Source: Candidatus Omnitrophota bacterium (GTDB taxonomy: Bacteria; Omnitrophota; Gorgyraeia; Gygaellales; Profunditerraquicolaceae). From it: 64,000 nucleotides of DNA. Location of the stretch: assembly GCA_016867115.1 (NCBI GenBank), contig VGKG01000003.1:673-64672 (forward strand). The letters run 5' to 3'. The first letter of the stretch is position 1. Each line of letters starts with the position of its first letter. Shown in pieces: positions 58,107-64,000 of the stretch. The translations under genes were made by a program, and so were the position numbers. Below the pieces are notes generated by a model that saw only the letters and a list, made by a program, of their open reading frames with translations, made no database searches and was not told where the DNA came from.

Positions 58107-58841
58107 ATGAAAAGGCTGATCCTGACTTTAGTTTATGCGTTATCGATAGCCGGCGCCGGCCTCTGCGCACCGCAGCCGACAGCCCGGGTGGATAATAGCG
58201 CCGGGACAGAGGCCCTTCCGCCTTATTCCGGGCCAAAGGCGCGCGTGGCTATTGCGGATTTTGACGTGAAGGCTGCCCAGGCTACGGGCGAGATCGGTTC
58301 GGGCCTGCGCGAGATGCTGGTTACGGCTCTGGTGAACAGCAACCGTTTTTCCGTGCTGGAACGCCAGGCATTGAGCGCGGTGATGCAGGAGCAGGAGTTG
58401 GCCAGCTCCGGCGCTGCGCAGCAGGGAGCGGGCGGCCCGCAGAGAGGAAAAATCAAGACTGCGGACCTGATTATCTCAGCGGCAGTCACCGAGTTTGAGC
58501 CGCAGGCTTCAGGCGGAAGAGCAGGTATTGGCGGAGGCGCAGGGGTGGGCAGCGGTATTTTAGGAGGGCTTCTGGGCGCAAGCCTCAATAAGTCGCACAT
58601 GGCCCTGGACATCCGCATCATCGACTCTTCCACTTCCGAAGTCCTGGCTTCGACGCGCGTGCAGGGCGAGGCTTCGGATGTGGGGGGTGCGATCATGGCC
58701 GGCTTCTTCGGCGGTTGGGCGCTGGGCGGAGGGCTGTCTGCCTATGCCAACACCCCGATGGAGAAGGCGATCCGCGTCTGCATCATCGAGGCGGTACGTT
58801 ATATTTCACAGGGCATACCGGCGACGTACTATAAATACTAA
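58107..58841 (+). CDS. CsgG-family lipoprotein (curli-secretion-channel-like)
   Basis: Lipoprotein signal (AGAGLC). PYSGPKARVAIADFDVKA...LVTALVNSNRFSVLERQAL...EQELASSG matches CsgG family motifs. Confidence 0.7.
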   Translation: MKRLILTLVYALSIAGAGLCAPQPTARVDNSAGTEALPPYSGPKARVAIADFDVKAAQATGEIGSGLREMLVTALVNSNRFSVLERQALSAVMQEQELASSGAAQQGAGGPQRGKIKTADLIISAAVTEFEPQASGGRAGIGGGAGVGSGILGGLLGASLNKSHMALDIRIIDSSTSEVLASTRVQGEASDVGGAIMAGFFGGWALGGGLSAYANTPMEKAIRVCIIEAVRYISQGIPATYYKY

Positions 58842-58862
58842 GATAGCAATAGGAGGCGATCC

Positions 58863-58943
58863 GTGGGAAAACGTAAACGTAGAGGCAAGCTTAACTGGCG
58901 TTCGAAGAGAGCAAATAAAGGCAAGAAGCCCTGCTTAGGATAG
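58863..58943 (+). CDS. 26-aa highly basic micro-ORF (ribosomal protein bTHX-like?)
   Basis: AGGAGG SD 6 nt upstream of GTG. VGKRKRRGKLNWRSKRANKGKKPCLG resembles Thx GK..RRTRRGKIWR. Confidence 0.35.
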   Translation: MGKRKRRGKLNWRSKRANKGKKPCLG

Positions 58944-58989
58944 GCCCGATTTTGTTCCGGTAACCGGATCAAGCGCAAAGGAGGTCAAG

Positions 58990-59244
58990 ATGCAGGAGAA
59001 AGAGGTCGGAAAAATTACCCACTATTATAATCACCTTAGCGTTGGGATAATCGAGCTTTCTGATGCACTCACCGTCGGTGAGACTATCCATGTCAAAGGC
59101 CACTCCGATGATTTCACCCAGACCGTGGACTCGATTCAGATCGAGCACGCCGATGTGCCAAGCGCTAAAGCCGGAGACGTCATCGGCATAAAGGTAGCCG
59201 GGAAGGTGCATCCGCACGACAAGGTCTATAAGGTCATCCCCTAA
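58990..59244 (+). CDS. small beta-barrel protein (EF-Tu domain-2-like), hypothetical
   Basis: 84 aa. GKITHYYNHLSVGIIEL...GDVIGIKVAG pattern. Confidence 0.35.
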   Translation: MQEKEVGKITHYYNHLSVGIIELSDALTVGETIHVKGHSDDFTQTVDSIQIEHADVPSAKAGDVIGIKVAGKVHPHDKVYKVIP

Positions 59245-59253
59245 TCTTCCTTT

Positions 59254-59994
59254 ATGGTTTTAGTCTGGATCATTTCAAGTACGCTGCTGGTCTGCATCAT
59301 TTCGCTGATCGGCATCTTTACCCTGGCGGTGAAAGAGGAGCTTTTAAAGAAACTCCTCTCCGGCCTGATCGGCCTTTCGGGAGGCGCCCTTATCGGAGGC
59401 GCGTTCCTGCATCTGTTGCCGGAGGCGCTGGAAGAAAGCCCCGCCGAACCCGTTTTTTATTCCCTGGTCTTCGGGATCCTGCTCTTTTTCTTTATGGAGC
59501 GCTACTTCTACTGGCGCCACTGCCATGATTCGGTCTGCGACATCCACGCCTATTCGTACCTGAACCTTTTTGGGGACGCCTTCCATAACTTCGTAGACGG
59601 CGTAGCCATTGCCGTGAGTTTCGTGGCTTCTGTGGAGGTGGGGATCGTCACGACTCTGGCGATCATCCTGCATGAGATACCCCAGGAACTGGGTGATTTC
59701 GGGGTCCTGGTCTACGGCGGGTTTTCCAAGAAGAAGGCCCTGACATATAATTTTATCTCGGCGCTCTTTGCGATCGTAGGAGCGACGGCGGGGTTTTTCC
59801 TGACTGACCTGGCCAAAGGCTCAAGCGTATTCATCCTGCCGCTTACTGCCGGCGGGTTCATTTATATCGGGGCCTCTGACCTGATCCCCGAGATACACAA
59901 ACAGGCAAATCAGACGCGCTCTTCGCGTGCCCTGATCGCCTTTTTACTGGGGATCCTATTCATGGCCTTGGCCAAGTACTTAATGCCGCACTGA
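59254..59994 (+). CDS. ZIP-family metal (zinc) transporter
   Basis: HEIPQELGDFGVL signature with His-rich TM helices. Confidence 0.85.
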   Translation: MVLVWIISSTLLVCIISLIGIFTLAVKEELLKKLLSGLIGLSGGALIGGAFLHLLPEALEESPAEPVFYSLVFGILLFFFMERYFYWRHCHDSVCDIHAYSYLNLFGDAFHNFVDGVAIAVSFVASVEVGIVTTLAIILHEIPQELGDFGVLVYGGFSKKKALTYNFISALFAIVGATAGFFLTDLAKGSSVFILPLTAGGFIYIGASDLIPEIHKQANQTRSSRALIAFLLGILFMALAKYLMPH

Positions 59995-60012
59995 TTAAGA
60001 GGTCCTTCCTGA

Positions 60013-60264
60013 TTGATTCCTGATATTCCGATGAAAAAAATCACGCTCATCCAGATGAGACAAAACCAAAAGGCAAGGATCCTGGAGATTTCAGGCGGCA
60101 ATATCCTCCAGCACCGGCTGCTCAGCCTCGGTATATACCCGGGCAGAGAGATCAGGAAGCTCAGCCACATTGCCTTAAGGGGGCCGGTGACAGTCCGGGT
60201 AGGCAGGTCTGTCTTTGCTCTCGGCCACAGCATGGCGGCAAAAGTCCTGTTGGAGATAGAATGA
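60013..60264 (+). CDS. feoA: FeoA-family protein
   Basis: 83 aa SH3-like FeoA pattern (ARILEISGG...LLSLGIYPGREIR). Confidence 0.75.
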   Translation: MIPDIPMKKITLIQMRQNQKARILEISGGNILQHRLLSLGIYPGREIRKLSHIALRGPVTVRVGRSVFALGHSMAAKVLLEIE

Positions 60265-61991
60265 CCAAGAAGATCTTTCTGATCGGCAATCCCAATGTCG
60301 GCAAAAGCGTCGTCTTTTCGCGCCTGACCGGTGTTCAGGTGATCTCTTCGAATTATCCTGGGACTACCGTTGAGATCAGCAAGGGGCTGCTGAAGATCGG
60401 CGAGGAGAAGTTCGACGTGGTGGACCTCCCCGGCACTTATTCGCTTACTCCCACCTCGAAGGCCGAAGAAGTGGCAGTCTCTCTCTTGAAAGAGTGCCCC
60501 CCGGAAGAGATGGTTGTGATCAACATCGTCGACGCCACAAACCTTGAGAGGAATCTCTTTCTTACTCTGCAATTGATTGAAGAGGGAATGCCTGTGATCG
60601 TCTGCCTGAATATGTGCGACGATACGGCGCACCGGGGCATCCACATCGATACCGGAAAATTAGAGAAGCTTCTCGGAGTGGCGGTGGTGCCCACCTGTGC
60701 TGTGACCGGGATGGGCATAAAAGCCCTGATCGAGAAGGCCCCCGGCATAAATCCCGCGCCCAGGAATAAGCTCAGTCACGAAGAGCGCTGGAGTGAGATC
60801 GGCCGGATCGTCGAAGAAACGCAGCGCCTTGAGCACCGGCACCACACGTTGAGGGAGGCCCTGGAGGATGCTTCAGTGCGGCCTTTAAGCGGCCTGCTGA
60901 TAGCCGCGGGGGTGATATATGTCTCGTTTAAGATCGTGCGCTTCCTCGGAGAGTGGCTTATTGCAAACATATTCGACCCCTTATTTTTAGATTCCTACCA
61001 GCCGTTTCTTGATAGGCTGAGCCTTGCTCTCGGTCAGAAGGGTTTCCTGCACCACCTGCTTATCGGGGAGCTGATCCAGGGCAAGATCGATTTTAAGCAA
61101 TCCCTGGGGCTGCTGACTACCGCGCCTTACATCGAGTTCGCCATGGTCCTCCCGTATGTCTTTTCCTTTTATCTGGTCTTAAGCCTGCTCGAAGATGTCG
61201 GCTATCTTCCCCGGCTGGCGATCCTTCTGGATAATCTTCTGCATAGGCTCGGCTTGCACGGTTTTGCCATCATCCCGGTACTTCTTGGTTTCGGCTGCAA
61301 TGTTCCGGGCATCCTGGCCACCCGCGTCTTAGAATCGAAGCGCGAGCGTTTTATCGCCTCTACCCTGATCTCTATCGGTGTGCCCTGTGTGCCCCTGCAG
61401 GCGATGATCTTCGGGCTGCTGGGTGCTTTCGGCGGATTCTACGTCGGCGGGGTATACCTTGTGCTCTTTTCCGTCCTGATCATCCTCGGCCTGGTCCTGA
61501 ACCGCACCCTGGCCGGTTACAGCCCGGAGTTCCTCCTGGAGATACCGCCTTACCGGATCGTCCCCTTTATGACGCTGGCCAGAAAATTATTCATGCGCAT
61601 CAGGGGTTTTCTCATCGAGGCGGTACCGATTGTGCTTATCGGCGTCGCCTTTATCAATATCCTGACGTATCTGAGGGTCTTTGGCCTGATCACCGGCATT
61701 TTCGCTCCGGTAGTCGAGGGGCTTTTTGGCCTGCCCAGAGACGCGGTAGTTGCGCTCTCAATAGGGTTCCTGAGAAAAGATATCGCCGTCGGTATGCTCA
61801 TGCCCCTGGGGCTTAGCGCAAAACAATTGTTTATCGCCGCCACACTTTTAGCCATATCTTTTCCCTGTATCGCCACCTTCGTAGTCCTCTTTAAGGAACT
61901 GGGTTTTAAGAGCCTGGTCAAGGCAACGCTGATCATGGTCGCGGTCAGCCTGATCGTAGGTACAGTCCTGAATTTCGGGATCCTGCATTAA
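60261..61991 (+). CDS. feoB: ferrous iron transporter FeoB
   Basis: N-terminal G-domain GNPNVGKS...DLPG. Polytopic C-terminus with gate motifs. Confidence 0.9.
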   Translation: MTKKIFLIGNPNVGKSVVFSRLTGVQVISSNYPGTTVEISKGLLKIGEEKFDVVDLPGTYSLTPTSKAEEVAVSLLKECPPEEMVVINIVDATNLERNLFLTLQLIEEGMPVIVCLNMCDDTAHRGIHIDTGKLEKLLGVAVVPTCAVTGMGIKALIEKAPGINPAPRNKLSHEERWSEIGRIVEETQRLEHRHHTLREALEDASVRPLSGLLIAAGVIYVSFKIVRFLGEWLIANIFDPLFLDSYQPFLDRLSLALGQKGFLHHLLIGELIQGKIDFKQSLGLLTTAPYIEFAMVLPYVFSFYLVLSLLEDVGYLPRLAILLDNLLHRLGLHGFAIIPVLLGFGCNVPGILATRVLESKRERFIASTLISIGVPCVPLQAMIFGLLGAFGGFYVGGVYLVLFSVLIILGLVLNRTLAGYSPEFLLEIPPYRIVPFMTLARKLFMRIRGFLIEAVPIVLIGVAFINILTYLRVFGLITGIFAPVVEGLFGLPRDAVVALSIGFLRKDIAVGMLMPLGLSAKQLFIAATLLAISFPCIATFVVLFKELGFKSLVKATLIMVAVSLIVGTVLNFGILH

Positions 61992-61992
61992 G

Positions 61993-62997
61993 ATGAAAGC
62001 CATCACCTTGATTTCAGGGGGGCTGGACAGCACCCTGGCCACAAAGCTGATGCAGAACCTGGGTGTTGAGCTGGTTGGGCTTAATACTATCAGCCCTTTT
62101 TGTCTGTGCAATCACCGCTCATCCACCGGCCGGTCCTGCGGCGCAGCATCCGTGGCTAAGGATTTAGGCCTTGAATTGATCAATGTCAATGTCTCAGAGG
62201 AGTTCCTTGAGATCGTAAAAAAACCAAAGCACGGATACGGCTCGAATATGAACCCCTGCATAGACTGCCGCATCCTTTTATTTAAAAAAGCAAAAGAGAA
62301 GATGCCGGAGGTCGGCGCCTCCTTTGTGATCACCGGAGAGGTCCTTGGCCAGCGGCCCATGTCGCAGAAGCTTAAGACCATGCAGCTCATCGAAAAAGAG
62401 GCTGGGTTAGAGGGGTTGGTATTGCGCCCTCTCTCGGCAAAGGCCCTTGAGCCTACTATTCCGGAGAAAGAAGGCTGGGTGGATAGAGAGAGGCTGCTTG
62501 CCATAAACGGAAGAGGCAGAAGAGAGCAGTTCAGCCTGGCAAAGGAATTCGGGATCAACGACTATCCCTGTCCGAGCGGAGGCTGCCTGTTGACGGATCC
62601 GGAATTCAGCAGGCGCCTGAAAGACCTGATGCAATACCGGGATTTGAACCTGGAGGATATCCGTCTGCTTAAGGTGGGCAGGCATTTCCGCCTCGGCAGA
62701 GAAACGAAACTGGTGGTCGGCAGGAACGAAAAGGAGAATCAGCTGATGTTGAATTTAGCCAGGGATGATGACTATCTTTTCATGCCTAGCGATGACCTGG
62801 CCGGGCCTACCTGTCTAGGCAGGGGCGTTTTTAATGATGCCTTGCTCAGGCTCTCTTGCGGGATAGCCAGCCGCTATTGCGACCTGGACGGAAGAAGCGA
62901 GGCAGAAATAGTCTATCGAAGAGCAGCAGGAAAAGAAGAAAGCTCAGTTTTCTGCAGGCCCCTGGATGAGGCTGCTTTATCGGGCTTGAGGATATGA
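61993..62997 (+). CDS. PP-loop ATP pyrophosphatase, ThiI/MnmA-like (tRNA thiolation family)
   Basis: SGGLDS PP-loop, NPCIDCRILLFKKAKE, ITGEVLGQRPMSQ, RPL motifs resembling the ThiI C-terminal domain. No THUMP domain. Confidence 0.55.
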   Translation: MKAITLISGGLDSTLATKLMQNLGVELVGLNTISPFCLCNHRSSTGRSCGAASVAKDLGLELINVNVSEEFLEIVKKPKHGYGSNMNPCIDCRILLFKKAKEKMPEVGASFVITGEVLGQRPMSQKLKTMQLIEKEAGLEGLVLRPLSAKALEPTIPEKEGWVDRERLLAINGRGRREQFSLAKEFGINDYPCPSGGCLLTDPEFSRRLKDLMQYRDLNLEDIRLLKVGRHFRLGRETKLVVGRNEKENQLMLNLARDDDYLFMPSDDLAGPTCLGRGVFNDALLRLSCGIASRYCDLDGRSEAEIVYRRAAGKEESSVFCRPLDEAALSGLRI

Positions 62998-62998
62998 T

Positions 62999-64000
62999 AT
63001 GAAAGAAGCCTATCTCTATGAAAAAATAGAGAAGAGTTCAGTGCACTGTTACCTTTGCAGCCACCATTGCCGTATTGCCGAGGGTAAGTTCGGTTTCTGC
63101 GGGGTGAGGCAGAATATGGGGGGTGAGCTTTTCACGCACGTCTACGGAAAGGCGATCGCCAGCCACGTCGACCCGATTGAAAAGAAGCCTCTGTATCATT
63201 TCCTTCCCGGTTCGACCAGCCTTTCGATTGCCGCTATCGGCTGCAATTTCCGCTGCGGTTTCTGCCAGAACTGGGAGATCTCCCAGAAGTCTATCCGCGA
63301 CGGCGATTTTCCCGGCGAGGATTTTGCGCCTCCGGAGGTAGTACGGGCTGCCCTGGAAAATAAATGCAAAAGCATCTCCTACACCTATACCGAACCGACC
63401 GTCTTTTTTGAATACGCCTTTGATACGGCAAAACTCGCCAGGGAGAAGGGGTTCTATAATAATTTCGTCACCAACGGCTATATGACCAAAGAGTGTATCG
63501 AGATGGCCAGGCCGTATCTGGATGCCGCCAATGTGGACCTGAAGTTTTTCCGCGACGATGCTTACCGCAGGGTCTGCAGCGGCAGCCTTCAGCCGGTGCT
63601 GGATTCGATCAGGCTGATGCATAAGCTCGGTATCTGGGTCGAAGTGACGACCCTGGTGGTGCCGGGAGAAAATGATTCCGAGAAAGAGCTTTCGGATATC
63701 GCAGAGTTCATTGCCGGAGTGGATAAGGATATGCCTTGGCATATTTCGCGTTTCCATCCGGATTATCAGCTTATTGACAAGAGCCCCACGCCGGATGCGA
63801 CCTTAAAAAAAGCGCAGGAACTGGGCTTAAAAAGCGGGCTTAAGTTTGTTTATGCGGGGAATGTCTACGGCTGGGGCAACGACACCTGTTGTCCTTCCTG
63901 TAAAAAAGCGCTGGTAAGAAGAGAGGTTTTTAGTATACTGGAGAATCATGTCAAAAAAGGAAGATGCGCTTATTGCAGCGCCCCCATACCCGGAGTGTTT
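62999..64000 (+). CDS. AmmeMemoRadiSam-system radical SAM enzyme (PflA-like), 3'-truncated by window end
   Basis: MKEAYLYEKIEKSSVHCYLCSHHCRIAEGKFGFCGVRQN...CNFRCGFCQNWEIS. Open frame to position 64000. Confidence 0.75.
   Translation, partial: MKEAYLYEKIEKSSVHCYLCSHHCRIAEGKFGFCGVRQNMGGELFTHVYGKAIASHVDPIEKKPLYHFLPGSTSLSIAAIGCNFRCGFCQNWEISQKSIRDGDFPGEDFAPPEVVRAALENKCKSISYTYTEPTVFFEYAFDTAKLAREKGFYNNFVTNGYMTKECIEMARPYLDAANVDLKFFRDDAYRRVCSGSLQPVLDSIRLMHKLGIWVEVTTLVVPGENDSEKELSDIAEFIAGVDKDMPWHISRFHPDYQLIDKSPTPDATLKKAQELGLKSGLKFVYAGNVYGWGNDTCCPSCKKALVRREVFSILENHVKKGRCAYCSAPIPGVF

Noticed and set aside
63038-63757. 239-aa minus-strand ORF at the 3' end
   Set aside because: Antisense shadow of the AmmeMemoRadiSam radical SAM gene, whose + frame shows Cx3Cx2C and family-specific N-terminal motifs.

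Overview
This 64-kb window is gene-dense bacterial chromosome, almost entirely + strand. The cell is diderm-type, judging by TolC, LptE, a BamD-like TPR protein, an LpxL-family acyltransferase, CsgG-like lipoproteins, Lnt and PilT. Housekeeping genes are confidently recognised: accA, rlmN, nfo, leuS, holA, rpsT, murJ, uvrC, prfB (with its programmed +1 frameshift), secA, lnt, tRNA-Leu(CAA) and tRNA-Ala(GGC).

The most notable content is a tightly packed, single-strand operon at about 9.7-21.5 kb with the hallmarks of a type II polyketide synthase. It has a ketosynthase (KS-alpha) translationally coupled to a catalytically dead KS-beta (chain-length-factor-like) partner, a small ACP, a PF04199 cyclase, an SRPBCC aromatase/cyclase, an SDR ketoreductase and a cobalamin-binding radical SAM enzyme. 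It also carries an MFS exporter, an alpha/beta hydrolase, an amidohydrolase-2 (decarboxylase-like), an ApbA-family reductase and a tandem-duplicated TIGR04076 protein. A near-consensus sigma70 promoter sits upstream. Inside the operon, a roughly 67-nt structured leader is duplicated in front of both the ACP and the cyclase genes.

Other non-obvious signals:
- A MITE-like 180-bp element with 15-bp terminal inverted repeats occurs in two inverted copies (21.7 kb and 39.8 kb) that bracket about 18 kb of housekeeping genes. A 220-bp imperfect palindrome lies next to the first copy.
- A nucleoside phosphorylase / eIF-2B-family isomerase / class II aldolase-SCP2 fusion / ALDH / acyl-CoA ligase cluster resembles a 5'-deoxyadenosine/MTA 'DHAP-shunt' salvage route.
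- An RBS-sequestering terminator hairpin sits between leuS and comEA.
- An 8-nt simple sequence repeat lies at the secA/lnt junction.
- Two CsgG-like lipoprotein paralogues are followed by a 26-aa highly basic Thx-like micro-ORF.
- A metal-uptake group (ZIP, FeoAB, CDF) is present.

Other content includes a MarR-TolC-MFP-RND efflux operon with a palindromic operator candidate, and a partial AmmeMemoRadiSam radical SAM gene at the 3' edge.
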